NCBI GenBank assembly: GCA_051874735.1
Contig: JBJEGD010000026.1
Span: 91,452 to 155,451, forward strand
From: Candidatus Bruticola sp.
GTDB lineage: Bacteria > Vulcanimicrobiota > Xenobia > Xenobiales > Xenobiaceae
Length of the DNA: 64,000 bases
Reading direction: 5' to 3'
The position numbers were made by a program, and so were the translations under genes. The first letter of the stretch is position 1, and each line of letters begins with the position of its first letter. Under the pieces are notes generated by a model. The model was not told where the DNA came from. It did not search any database and was given only the letters and a program-made list of their open reading frames with translations. This document shows, one piece after another, positions 26,887-36,531 of the stretch.

Positions 26887-29800
26887 ATGAGGAATGCACT
26901 CGGACATGTCTTGTCAGCAGCAGTGCTTGTAGGTAGTTTTGGGGCTTCAGTTCCTGCCTTTGCAGATAGTCCATCCGGAAATGCTGCGGTCAATACTGCT
27001 GAGCCTTTACCGGCTGCAGTAAATATGGGATTCAGCTTGGAAGCCGATTCTGCGGCTGCTCCCTACGTACATGGTTCTCAGACATCCTCTTTAACTAGTC
27101 AGACTGACAGTTGCGAGTACGTTCAGCCGCATATAATTCAGTTGGTAGCGACTGATAAAGGAGACACTGAGCTGGTTGATTCTGCGGCGATTGCTAGCGG
27201 TGCGGCAAACAGTAGCTGTTCGACTAGTGAACTTAGCACTTCAGAGAAAGATGCTACAGTTTCAACGTCTTCGGCTGTTTCTGCAGATGAGAGCAAAACT
27301 ATAAAAACAAAAACTAAGAGCTCAACTTCCGAACTAAAAAAAAGTAAAGCTAGGCTAAATAAGAGCAGAGCTGCGCGGCGTAAGAATAAAGTTAATTCTA
27401 CCGCCTTGGGAAAGCATTCTAGCCCTGAAAAGGTTGAATCTGCTGTTGCTAATTCTGATAATGGTGCGGTGGCAATAGATAGCAGCGAACCCATAAAAAG
27501 TAAGACTGAGTTTTCCGCTGAACTGTCAGATAAAACGGATCATGTTCAGACTTCCTCCAGCAGTGAACCTGCTGTCGAGGCTAAAGCCGCTTCTTCTGTT
27601 GAGCAAGAGTCTGTGCCAGTATCTACGTACTCCGCCAGCAAAAACAACGGTGATAACGTTTCTTCCGCTCTTGAAGAGAATAGCGCTGCTGCAGAACAAA
27701 AAGTTGCTCCTGCCGCCGATGAAACAAAAAGCCAGGTGGCAGATGAGGGTACGAAAAAGGCTGCAGCTTCGATCTCTCCTATTTTTAGCGGTACGGTTGA
27801 GGCTATAACTGATTCATCTTTGCGTATTTTCGGTATAGGTGCCAATGGTGAACCGCTTAGCCTCGATTTTATTGTCGATGCTAATAGTCAGATGGCTGAG
27901 GGGATAAAAATAGGCGACAGTTTATCTGTTTATTATGAAGTTTCTGAAAGCGGTGGTTTCAGAGTAACTTCGGCTAGGTATCTATCAGGTGAAGCTCCCA
28001 AGAATGTTTTCCCCGGAGATATCCCTTCTGAACTGCTCGACAATAATGATGTAACTGCAAAAGACGAGACTGATACTACCAACGAAGCGGATATACCTAA
28101 GGTCGTCAGTATTGAGGTTGAGGGCAATAAAACCGTTTCTTCAGAGGAAATACTGCAGATTATTTCCACCCGTATCGGTGACCCTTTGTTAGAACCGCGT
28201 ATCCGCCGCGATATGCAGGCTATCTACGACAGTGGATATTACACTGATGTACGTTTAGATACACGCTACACTTCAGATGGCGTCCGTGTGATCTTCCGGG
28301 TTTTGGAAAATCCTGTAGTTGATGAAATAGCTATCGAGGGTAATAGCGTAGTCCCTAGCGAAAAGCTTCGCTCTCTTATGCAACTTGAAACGGGTAAAGT
28401 GCTCAATACTCGTACTTTGCAAAATGATCTACAATCAATCAACAAATATTACAACGAAGATTTAGGCTATACTATTAGTCCTTCCCACGTTACCAAACTC
28501 GATTTTAATAGCGGTAAACTTACGTTTACCTTAGTTGATGGCATTGTAGTTAAAGAAGTTAAGGTTGAGGGGGTTACCGTTTTCCCTCAAGACCAGATCG
28601 CTTCTATGATCACGCTCAAGCCGGGCGATCTGTTTAATCGTAATACTCTGCGCGATGATACAGAAAAAATTTCTGCTCTCTACGATGAAAAACAGTACAT
28701 ATTAGATACTATTAAACCTTCGGTTGATGTCGAAACTGGTGTAGTTACGGTCAGTGTTGTTGAAGCCGTACTTCAGGAAATTAAGCTGGCTTGGACTGGC
28801 ACTAGTGCTACTAAGCACCGTACCAAAGACGACACTGTGCTGCGCAATATCCGTACTAAGCCTGGCGAGGTGATGCGTCGCGATCGCATACAAAAAGATT
28901 TGGAACGTCTTAATAACTTAGGTCTTTTCAAAAAAGTAGAGCCTGAGGTCGAGCCGGGATCTGCGCCAGGTCAAGCCGTTTTAGTTTTAAATATTGAAGA
29001 ACAGAAAACTGGTTTAGCTACGGTCGGTGTCGGTTATGCTGGAGGCGGATCGGGAGCTGTTCGCCCTGGTATAACTGGAGCGATTTCTTATTCTGAGCGC
29101 AACTTATTCGGAGAAGGTAAGCAGTTTTCCATAAACTTGCAGCGAGGTGCTCAGATCGGTGCGTATAGTATTTCTTATTACGATCCAGCCATTAACTCTG
29201 CTCAAGATTCTATTGGCGTATCTGCTTACTATAACAGCGTAGACGACTTGGAACAGCAGGTGACCGGAGCTGATTATGGCACTTACGCTTATTACGATCA
29301 GGAAGTGTACGGCGCCACTGTTACTTACGGCCATCCTTTCTCCGATGACCTTCGCGGTTTTGTCACTTTGCGTCATGAAACTATAAATTTAACTATGTCT
29401 GGTAAATCTCTGTATGTACCAGTTGGCTTGGGTAAAGGTGATTTGAACGCTATTGGTTTGTCTACTTTATATGACACTCGCGATGACGTCTTCAGCCCTC
29501 ACAAAGGTAGTTATGCTAATGTGGCCCTTACTTTTGCTGGTTTTGGGGGAGACTATAGTTACAATAAATTTGTTGTAGAAGGACGCCACTATGTGCCCTT
29601 AACTAAGCGATCTACTTTGGCTTTGCGCGGTATGTACGGAACTGTGGGCAATGGGGCTCCCGCGTCTGAATATTTTTATGCTGGCGGTACTGACACTTTG
29701 CGTGGCTATCAAGATAACTCAATGTTCGGAAACAAAGTTGTCCTTCTGAATGCTGAATACCGTTTCCCCATTGGAAATATTAAGATGCTCAGCGGCGCTG

Positions 29801-29979
29801 TGTTTGTTGACGCCGGCAATGCCTGGATCTCCGGCTACAAGTCGAGTGAACTGTATACCGATGCTGGTGTTGGTCTGCGCATAGTATTTCCTAACCTCGG
29901 TTTGGGTGTTATTCGTATCGATTATGCTTTCGGCAAAGATGGATCCCGCTCCAGTATAGGTATAGGTCAGTCATTCTAG
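26887..29979 (+). CDS. bamA: Omp85-family outer-membrane protein assembly factor BamA. It has a roughly 380-aa Ser/Ala/Glu-rich N-terminal extension, three POTRA domains and a C-terminal beta-barrel.
   Basis: Signal peptide, then POTRA-like segments (VVSIEVEGNKTVSSEEI…) and the bacterial surface-antigen barrel ending …GIGQSF. Confidence 0.85.
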   Translation: MRNALGHVLSAAVLVGSFGASVPAFADSPSGNAAVNTAEPLPAAVNMGFSLEADSAAAPYVHGSQTSSLTSQTDSCEYVQPHIIQLVATDKGDTELVDSAAIASGAANSSCSTSELSTSEKDATVSTSSAVSADESKTIKTKTKSSTSELKKSKARLNKSRAARRKNKVNSTALGKHSSPEKVESAVANSDNGAVAIDSSEPIKSKTEFSAELSDKTDHVQTSSSSEPAVEAKAASSVEQESVPVSTYSASKNNGDNVSSALEENSAAAEQKVAPAADETKSQVADEGTKKAAASISPIFSGTVEAITDSSLRIFGIGANGEPLSLDFIVDANSQMAEGIKIGDSLSVYYEVSESGGFRVTSARYLSGEAPKNVFPGDIPSELLDNNDVTAKDETDTTNEADIPKVVSIEVEGNKTVSSEEILQIISTRIGDPLLEPRIRRDMQAIYDSGYYTDVRLDTRYTSDGVRVIFRVLENPVVDEIAIEGNSVVPSEKLRSLMQLETGKVLNTRTLQNDLQSINKYYNEDLGYTISPSHVTKLDFNSGKLTFTLVDGIVVKEVKVEGVTVFPQDQIASMITLKPGDLFNRNTLRDDTEKISALYDEKQYILDTIKPSVDVETGVVTVSVVEAVLQEIKLAWTGTSATKHRTKDDTVLRNIRTKPGEVMRRDRIQKDLERLNNLGLFKKVEPEVEPGSAPGQAVLVLNIEEQKTGLATVGVGYAGGGSGAVRPGITGAISYSERNLFGEGKQFSINLQRGAQIGAYSISYYDPAINSAQDSIGVSAYYNSVDDLEQQVTGADYGTYAYYDQEVYGATVTYGHPFSDDLRGFVTLRHETINLTMSGKSLYVPVGLGKGDLNAIGLSTLYDTRDDVFSPHKGSYANVALTFAGFGGDYSYNKFVVEGRHYVPLTKRSTLALRGMYGTVGNGAPASEYFYAGGTDTLRGYQDNSMFGNKVVLLNAEYRFPIGNIKMLSGAVFVDAGNAWISGYKSSELYTDAGVGLRIVFPNLGLGVIRIDYAFGKDGSRSSIGIGQSF

Positions 29980-30175
29980 TTGCTAGGGAGCTACGCTTAT
30001 AGAGCATTCGAAAAAGTTGAGCGGGTGGGCATCTCTAATAGTTGTAGCTCTCTTTTGGGGGGAATTTACGAAAACGTGAAATGCCGCGTTCTGCCGACAT
30101 TTTTTTTGGGTAAAAATGAGCGGCGCAGTTGCTATTTATAGTTTGTTGGAACCCTTAAAGGAGGTTCAAGTTTAA

Positions 30176-31171
30176 ATGTCTGAAGTCAATTTGAGTAAAT
30201 CTGCTGACAACACTGCAGATGAAGCTGTTAGTGAGTCAGCTACTCCTTCTGGCGGAAACAAGAAAATTGTTGGCGTAGTTGTTGCTGTAGCTGTTTTAAT
30301 AATTATCGGTATTGGAACTTGGATGTTCCTCAGTCCTAGCGGTATGATGTCTTCTCCTGCTAAAAAAGTAGGCTGTATAGACGCTTCAGCTATTTATGCT
30401 CTCGATGAGTTTAAAAACGCTGAAAAGCAGATCGCTGATTTTGCTGAAGCTAAAAACAAAGAATTTGAAAAAGCTGTCAGTGAAAAAAATGGAAAAGAAG
30501 GTTCTGAGACTGAGCTCCAGCTGCTTTATAACAAGCTTCAAGGTGAAGTTGAGGTTAACCGTAACAAAATTATTCTTCCTTTGAATAATCGTGTCTCTGC
30601 AGCTATCGCTTCCGTATCTGCTGGAAAAGGGCTTAATGTAGTCCTGGATAAGCGCGTAGTCGTATGTGGAGTTCCCGATATCACTGAAGATGTAAAAAAA
30701 CTTTTTCAACAAAAAGGCGAGCTGAAAGTTCCTTCTGAGGAAGATACTAGCGATTCTCCGGTGGCTTATTTCGATCAGGGAATAGTTCGCAAATTGAAAG
30801 TGTTCGGTGAAGTTGATATCCGCTTGAGTCAAGCCCGCGCTGACATGATGCGTGAGTATGAGAAAAAAGCTCCCAGTCTTTCAGCTTCAGAGCGTGAGGC
30901 CCTGCAGCGTGAGATGTCCGCTCGTTTTGAGGCTATTAGTCAGCAACAGTATGCTCCTCTCTATCAGAAGGTCAATAATTCTGTAAATAAAGTTGCCAAA
31001 GATTTAGGCATTTCGCTGGTACTGAACAAACAGACTGTGATGTACGGCGGGCGCAATATTACTGATGAAGTTATTGATACTTTTAATGCTAGTCTGAACA
31101 CAGATTCATCTTCTGCTGAAGCTGCAGACAGCAAAGCTGCAGACTCTAAGAATACTGAAGCTGCTAAGTAA
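30176..31171 (+). CDS. Skp/OmpH-like periplasmic chaperone, membrane-anchored, with two tandem OmpH-like halves.
   Basis: N-terminal transmembrane segment. Both halves end with a …VLDK/VLNK…DITE/ITDEVI… Skp-like tail. Strong Shine-Dalgarno AAGGAGG. Confidence 0.6.
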   Translation: MSEVNLSKSADNTADEAVSESATPSGGNKKIVGVVVAVAVLIIIGIGTWMFLSPSGMMSSPAKKVGCIDASAIYALDEFKNAEKQIADFAEAKNKEFEKAVSEKNGKEGSETELQLLYNKLQGEVEVNRNKIILPLNNRVSAAIASVSAGKGLNVVLDKRVVVCGVPDITEDVKKLFQQKGELKVPSEEDTSDSPVAYFDQGIVRKLKVFGEVDIRLSQARADMMREYEKKAPSLSASEREALQREMSARFEAISQQQYAPLYQKVNNSVNKVAKDLGISLVLNKQTVMYGGRNITDEVIDTFNASLNTDSSSAEAADSKAADSKNTEAAK

Positions 31172-31184
31172 TTGAGGTGTTTTT

Positions 31185-32624
31185 ATGCAGTTTTTTTCTG
31201 TCCCTAAATTCAAAAGTACAGGCGTATGGCTGGGGGTCGGCAGCATTCTAGTCGGCGCCGCTGTGGCTGTTCAAGTAGGCTTAGCTGAGGTTGCCTGTGC
31301 TGAAGGGACTGAGCCGAAAAAATCTGCTGCTCTTGATAAGGCTGATGATAAGTTCACTGAGTTAGCTGTAGTTGACTTCGATAAGCTGTTGAAAGATCGT
31401 CCCGATTATGAGCGCATCAATCAACTCGATGAACAGATTCGTTTACTGCAACAGGAACTAGATTTTTTGCCTTTAGCTGACCACAGGCGTAAAGTAGATT
31501 CTGGACGTAAACGTATGGAACGCGAGGTTGAAAAGGCTCGCAATGAACTTCAAGCTGAGTCTGAGCGTATTGGACGGGAATTGAAAAATTTTCGCAATGC
31601 ACTTTCTTCTCAGCTTGAACGGGAAAGTAAAGCTCTCAATGAACATTACCAAAATGTTTTACGTCAGCGTATTGCCGCTCTGACTCCCAAAGCTCAGCCG
31701 CAGGTTCCTGAAGATGTTCGCAAGCGTATGGATAGTTTCCTTAGCGATTTGGCTGGAGTGCGTCAGCAGCGACTCTCTGCTAAGCGTTTAGAACTTGAGC
31801 GCCTTATGCAGAATAATTTGGAAAGTGCCAGAGCTTCCATGGATGAGCGCTTAGCAGCCTACGACAATTCTCTTATGGAAGAGAATCAAGCGCAGCGCGT
31901 TAATCTTCAGCTTCAGTTGCAAACGGCAGCTAATGCTGAAGAAGAGTCGTCCATTCAAGATAAGCTGAGTGCTTTGAGTGATGAAGAAACGGCTAAAAAA
32001 GCGGCCAAACGCGATGAACTTAGTGCTGAGTATCAAGCGCTTGAAGCTTCAGAGAGAGCTAATGTTAACTCAAAAATGAAAGCTTTTGAAGATTCTTTAG
32101 ATAAGGAAACTTCTGCTAAAGCGGCTGCTGAACGGGAACGTCTCTTAAAGACGGTGTCAGTTCCTTCTCCCCAGGCTAACAAAGCTGATATTGAGGCCCA
32201 GATCGAAAAGATTAAGGCGACTATCAACGCTGAAATGGAAGCGAAGAAGGCTTCCATGACGGCGGCCATGCAGCAAAAGGCTGAGGAAGCCCAGCGCAAT
32301 ATGGAAAAAAAGCAGGCTGAACTAGAAAAGCGTCTCATGGCCACTCAGAAGCAGCTTGAAGCGATGGTTAAAAATTCCCAAAATGATGTCAGCGATGAAA
32401 CTCGCAAAAAGATGGATGACATTAAGGCCAAGATAGAAGATCTGCAGAAACAGCGCACTGAATTGCACGATTCCATGGCGGCTGATCTGCGCAAGGTTAT
32501 CAGTAAGATAGCTGCAGAGCAGGAAGGGCAGCCTTCTGTAATAGGAACTTATGTAATGAATATTGACTGTTTGGATCTTACCGACAAGACTATGATCGCT
32601 TTGGAGAAAGAGGACCAGCATTAG
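31185..32624 (+). CDS. Giant coiled-coil Skp/OmpH-like protein (479 aa) with a signal peptide.
   Basis: About 400 aa of heptad-rich E/K/Q/R sequence. It ends in a Skp-like tail, VIGTYVMNIDCLDLTDKTMIAL. Confidence 0.45.
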   Translation: MQFFSVPKFKSTGVWLGVGSILVGAAVAVQVGLAEVACAEGTEPKKSAALDKADDKFTELAVVDFDKLLKDRPDYERINQLDEQIRLLQQELDFLPLADHRRKVDSGRKRMEREVEKARNELQAESERIGRELKNFRNALSSQLERESKALNEHYQNVLRQRIAALTPKAQPQVPEDVRKRMDSFLSDLAGVRQQRLSAKRLELERLMQNNLESARASMDERLAAYDNSLMEENQAQRVNLQLQLQTAANAEEESSIQDKLSALSDEETAKKAAKRDELSAEYQALEASERANVNSKMKAFEDSLDKETSAKAAAERERLLKTVSVPSPQANKADIEAQIEKIKATINAEMEAKKASMTAAMQQKAEEAQRNMEKKQAELEKRLMATQKQLEAMVKNSQNDVSDETRKKMDDIKAKIEDLQKQRTELHDSMAADLRKVISKIAAEQEGQPSVIGTYVMNIDCLDLTDKTMIALEKEDQH

Positions 32625-32633
32625 GAGGTCGCA

Positions 32634-33194
32634 GTGAAGAGAATTTTTTGGTGCGGAGCAGTTTGTGCGTTACTCACTGTCGGTGTTTTGTTGGCGTCAG
32701 GATGCAATACCCAGAATCAAAAAGCTATTATTCGCACTGGAACTATAAATAGCACTGTGGTGCTTCAGCAGGATGACAAGTATCAAGAATTATCGCGTCA
32801 GTACTTCGCTGAGCGCGTTAAAGCCAGTCAAGAAGTGCAGCGAATCGTCAAAGAAAATTCTGATGCCAACGGTGTTGTGAGTGATAAGTCTATTTATGAT
32901 AAGCTTATGAAAATTCAGAACGATGTAGAATCGAAGTGGCAGAAACGCACCGCCGACTATATAGATGCTAAAATGAAGAGTATGGAAGAAGCTGCTCAGA
33001 AGGTTGCAGTGGACAGCAAGCTCGATATCATTTTAATCGATTCCGATGATGTACCTACTGTAGAGTATGGCGGCCACGACGTTACAGCTAATGTTCTAGC
33101 TGCTATGCCCGGGTTCGCTGGCAAGTCTGAAGCTGAAAGTACTAGTGCTGAGACTGCAGCTGATTCTAAGCAGCCTGTGAATAACAGCAAATAG
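32634..33194 (+). CDS. OmpH/Skp-family lipoprotein.
   Basis: Lipobox LLASGC and an OmpH-like core. GTG start after AGGAGG. Confidence 0.6.
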   Translation: MKRIFWCGAVCALLTVGVLLASGCNTQNQKAIIRTGTINSTVVLQQDDKYQELSRQYFAERVKASQEVQRIVKENSDANGVVSDKSIYDKLMKIQNDVESKWQKRTADYIDAKMKSMEEAAQKVAVDSKLDIILIDSDDVPTVEYGGHDVTANVLAAMPGFAGKSEAESTSAETAADSKQPVNNSK

Positions 33195-33214
33195 AAATGC
33201 GGAGGATAAACAGG

Positions 33215-33688
33215 TTGAAGCATTCAAAGTTTATTAACTGTTTGATTTTAACGGCTGTAGGCGCCGCTCTGCTGCTGTCAGGGGGAGGATGCGCTAAGCG
33301 TTCACTTAAAGTAGGGGTGGTTAATACTGAGAGAATTATCAGGGAAAATCCCAAGTACATGGAATTGAATGTGGTTTTGTCTGATGAGCGGAACAAGTTG
33401 TTCTCGCAAATTCCCAGTAATGTCAACAGCATGTCTGGAGCACAAAAGAAAGCTTTGCAGGAAAAATTAGCTAAAGAGGCTGCTGAGCGTTCCAGTAAAT
33501 TTGACAAGCTTTACAATGAAAGCATGAAAAGCCTGCGTGAAGATATAAAAAAACAGGCTTCAGAAGTTGCTAAAGATAAAAATATCGACTTAGTGGTAGT
33601 TAATACCATAAATTATCCAGTAGTGCTTTATACCAGCGGCGATAATGTCACTTTAGATATTCTTCTCAAAATGGACGGAGCAAAATAA
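33215..33688 (+). CDS. OmpH/Skp-family (lipo)protein.
   Basis: TTG start 9 nt after GGAGG, preferred to the track ATG at 33197. Signal sequence ending LLSGGGC. OmpH-like tail DLVVVNTINYPVVLYTSGDNVTLDILL. Confidence 0.55.
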   Translation: MKHSKFINCLILTAVGAALLLSGGGCAKRSLKVGVVNTERIIRENPKYMELNVVLSDERNKLFSQIPSNVNSMSGAQKKALQEKLAKEAAERSSKFDKLYNESMKSLREDIKKQASEVAKDKNIDLVVVNTINYPVVLYTSGDNVTLDILLKMDGAK

Positions 33689-34402
33689 ATGGAACAGGGA
33701 CTCATACATACTAGCGCTTGTATTGATGTCTTCGCCTCTCTTGGAGAGGGATGCCGAGTCGGAGCTATGGCTGTTATTGAAAGTGGAGCCCAAATTGGCT
33801 GCGGAGCTGAAATCGGTCCTAAAGTTTATATCGGACGCAACGTTTCTATCGGTGAAAGAGCTGTTATAAAGTGCGGTGCTGTTATTATGGATGGCGTTGT
33901 TGTTGGCAGAGAAGCGGTAGTCGAGTCGGGGGCTGTTTTGGGAATGGATGGCTTTGGATATGTTTTTGACGGACAAAGCCATCGTAAAATTCAGCAAATA
34001 GGCAATGTTGTCATTGGGCAGGGAGCGAAAATTGGCGCTTGTTCCTGTATAGACAGGGCCGCTTCTGCTTCAACGGTCGTTGGCGATCATACTGAAATAG
34101 GTCATATGGTGATGGTCGGTCATAACAGCAAGATTGGCAGCGGGTGTCGCATTGGTGATCAGAGCGGTTTAACTGGTTCCTCTCTGGTCGGTAACGATTG
34201 TATCATCGGCTCTCAGTGTGGTATAGGTGTGCGTGTTGAACTTGGCGATGGCTGTGTGTTGCTAGATCGAGCCACGGCTATGCGCAAATATGAGCCTGGG
34301 CAGGTTCTGGCCGGACATCCAGGACGACCGGTGGCGGAGGTTCGCCGTGCAGAAGCGGCTTTTAATTTGCTGCCTAAACTTTTAAAAGATTATATTGAGT
34401 AG
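33689..34402 (+). CDS. LpxD-like UDP-3-O-acyl-glucosamine N-acyltransferase lacking the N-terminal uridine-binding domain. It has only the left-handed beta-helix and the C-terminal helix.
   Basis: Begins exactly where the beta-helix of canonical LpxD begins. Has the GFGY motif and the catalytic GHN His. Only 237 aa versus about 330–340. Confidence 0.65.
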   Translation: MEQGLIHTSACIDVFASLGEGCRVGAMAVIESGAQIGCGAEIGPKVYIGRNVSIGERAVIKCGAVIMDGVVVGREAVVESGAVLGMDGFGYVFDGQSHRKIQQIGNVVIGQGAKIGACSCIDRAASASTVVGDHTEIGHMVMVGHNSKIGSGCRIGDQSGLTGSSLVGNDCIIGSQCGIGVRVELGDGCVLLDRATAMRKYEPGQVLAGHPGRPVAEVRRAEAAFNLLPKLLKDYIE

Positions 34403-34406
34403 TTCG

Positions 34407-34447
34407 TACCGGTCTTGGGGGCGGTTTTCTAGTCGGGAAGACCGGTA
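34407..34447 (+). terminator. Stem-loop after the short lpxD-like gene (10-bp stem, no strong U-tract). Weak terminator or attenuator.
   Basis: TACCGGTCTT…AAGACCGGTA. Confidence 0.3.
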
Positions 34448-34613
34448 GATCTTGTTGTTAGGGCAGATTCGGAGCAACTCATTTCCATTTTATCAATATT
34501 TATGTCAAGGCGCCTCAATTAGTCTGCAGTTTTGAAATTTGCAGCAGCACAGTTTAGGGCGCTATTTTTCTGTGTAACGCAGAGAGCGATGAATCTGTCG
34601 GAGTTGGGTTTTT

Positions 34614-36458
34614 ATGAGAAAATATAATTTATGGGCCTTAATTTTGGCTTTTGTAGTCTTTTATTCCGCTGCTCTGTCATCTGCCTGGGCTGCTGATGTA
34701 ATGCTGGGAGGCCAGGTTATCTTTCGTATAAATGATGAGGATCAAGCAAAAAAAATATCCCAAAAAATTGAAGCTATGTTGCAGAGGGGGGCTTCTTCGT
34801 CTTCAATTAAAGTCGTACGTAAAGATATTGCTGTAGCCTCGGAGGGGCAAGATAAGCAAGATAAAGATGAAGGTAGCAAGGGAGGGGCTAAAGCGAAAAA
34901 ATCTGTTTATAAAATATTTTGGGGAAGTGAATTAGTCATTGAAGTGAATGACGAAATTGCCAAGCAGAATGCTTCTTCTCCAGAAGCTTTAGCTAATTTA
35001 TGGGCCTCCAATATGCGCAATGTCGTCGATATTGGCCTGTTGAATGTTGATGTTGCTAGAGTCGTTTTACCTATAGAGGCTGATAAGGTTATTTACGCTT
35101 CTGGTTTGGCAACCGGTCCTTTGAGTGCTGAAGAGACTTCAGGTATCGTTGATATTGATATCGATCAGGAAAACGGCCTTATTAAGATAAAAGGGCGCAG
35201 GGTTGGAAAGTCGTCTATCGTTATTAGCAAAGGGGTTGCCTCCGTTTCCGTTTTTGTGCAGGTGAAAGATTGGGCCGGCAAACTTCCTCAGACGGTTAAT
35301 GTTGAAGTAACTGGCAATCCTGCACAGATTGATGACGTTTCCCAGGCGGTTATGCTTTCCATAGCGGCTAATACTTTCGTTCAGCCAGGCTGCAGTGTTT
35401 ATGTTGATGATTCCAACTTTAAACCGATTCCGGTGAGTAAAGGCGACAGTATGCGCTTAAGCGTGCCTGTGGGTATAAATGCTTCGGAAGATTATTTTGC
35501 GCTTCGCGGCAATGTTAATGTTGTAGTTAGCAATATAGAAGCTCCTGTAGTTGAGCAGAATCTGCTTCTAGTCAGCAATCGGCCGGAGCGTGTCAGCACA
35601 GATGGAGTATTAATGAAGTATAACTTCAAGAGACGTGAGCCCAGTCGTCTTATGTTCTCCCATCTTAATGCTTCCGAAAAGAATCGTTATTTGTGGATAA
35701 ATTTAGCTAATTTAAATGACGAACCGATAAAGATTGTTATCAGTCGCACTTCTGCTGGACCTGAGCGCAGCGAAATTTATGTCGGCCAAACGGCTGCCAA
35801 GCGCTTTTTAGAAAATTTGGCCAGTCGTTCCGGCTATATCATTACTCTTCCGCCCAATTCTGCTTTAGAGCTCTGTTCTTATGTGATGCGTCCTGAAGCT
35901 TTGGTAAGTGGATTTATAAATTTCCAAATTTTGGAAGGTACTAGCGCGACCGTTGAAGTGCGCAGTTCATTAAATCCTAATGCTAACGATGGACGTCCTC
36001 TGCCAGAAATAGGGGCCCCTTTTAATCCTTTCAAAATACATCCTCACGGAGTTTTTGCTCAGCCTTATTTTGAAAATGAAGGTGAATTTGTTATAGGTGG
36101 CAGTCCTTTAACTTTTCGTTATGGTGAGAGTCCTTGGCTGATTGATTTTGAAACTGGGCTGCCCAACACTGGCAATTTCGGGGTTTTGTATAAATCTTTG
36201 GTAGAATTAAAAAATCCTACTAAGCGTACAAAAACTGTGGGACTTTACTTTACGCCTTTGTCCGGCCCTGGCGGTGCTAACTTCCTGATAGGCAATTCTG
36301 TTTATCAGGCAGTTTTCCGCAAAAAAGGTGATGAAGTACTTGTAGCTAAAATCGAACTCTCGCCAGAGTCTAGCAGTATAATTGAAATTGTCACTTTACC
36401 TGAGGCGACTTCCTGTTATCCTGCCCAGTATGAATTGCGTGAACTGGACGGGCGCTGA
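34614..36458 (+). CDS. Large secreted protein of unknown function (614 aa) embedded in the lipid A cluster.
   Basis: Clear signal peptide MRKYNLWALILAFVVFYSAALSSAWA. No recognisable domain. Confidence 0.6.
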   Translation: MRKYNLWALILAFVVFYSAALSSAWAADVMLGGQVIFRINDEDQAKKISQKIEAMLQRGASSSSIKVVRKDIAVASEGQDKQDKDEGSKGGAKAKKSVYKIFWGSELVIEVNDEIAKQNASSPEALANLWASNMRNVVDIGLLNVDVARVVLPIEADKVIYASGLATGPLSAEETSGIVDIDIDQENGLIKIKGRRVGKSSIVISKGVASVSVFVQVKDWAGKLPQTVNVEVTGNPAQIDDVSQAVMLSIAANTFVQPGCSVYVDDSNFKPIPVSKGDSMRLSVPVGINASEDYFALRGNVNVVVSNIEAPVVEQNLLLVSNRPERVSTDGVLMKYNFKRREPSRLMFSHLNASEKNRYLWINLANLNDEPIKIVISRTSAGPERSEIYVGQTAAKRFLENLASRSGYIITLPPNSALELCSYVMRPEALVSGFINFQILEGTSATVEVRSSLNPNANDGRPLPEIGAPFNPFKIHPHGVFAQPYFENEGEFVIGGSPLTFRYGESPWLIDFETGLPNTGNFGVLYKSLVELKNPTKRTKTVGLYFTPLSGPGGANFLIGNSVYQAVFRKKGDEVLVAKIELSPESSSIIEIVTLPEATSCYPAQYELRELDGR

Positions 36459-36492
36459 CATTTTATGAAGATTATATAAAAATAATATCTAA

Positions 36493-36531
36493 AGCCCGTT
36501 CTGCCGTTGAGGCGGCTCACGGGTTTTTTTT
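36493..36531 (+). terminator. Rho-independent terminator.
   Basis: Nested GC stem CCCGT…GCCG/CGGC…ACGGG followed by T8. Confidence 0.65.

Noticed and set aside
27138-28169. Several 78–118-aa antisense ORFs inside bamA (27138–27494, 27546–27845, 27933–28169).
   Set aside because: They lie within the Ser/Ala-rich low-complexity region, where both strands stay open by composition. The plus frame continues into well-supported POTRA and barrel domains.
33197-33214. ATG at 33197 as the start of the fourth OmpH gene.
   Set aside because: The GGAGG RBS lies downstream of that ATG. It fits the TTG at 33215, which begins a plausible signal peptide. This is kept as an uncertainty rather than a firm call.
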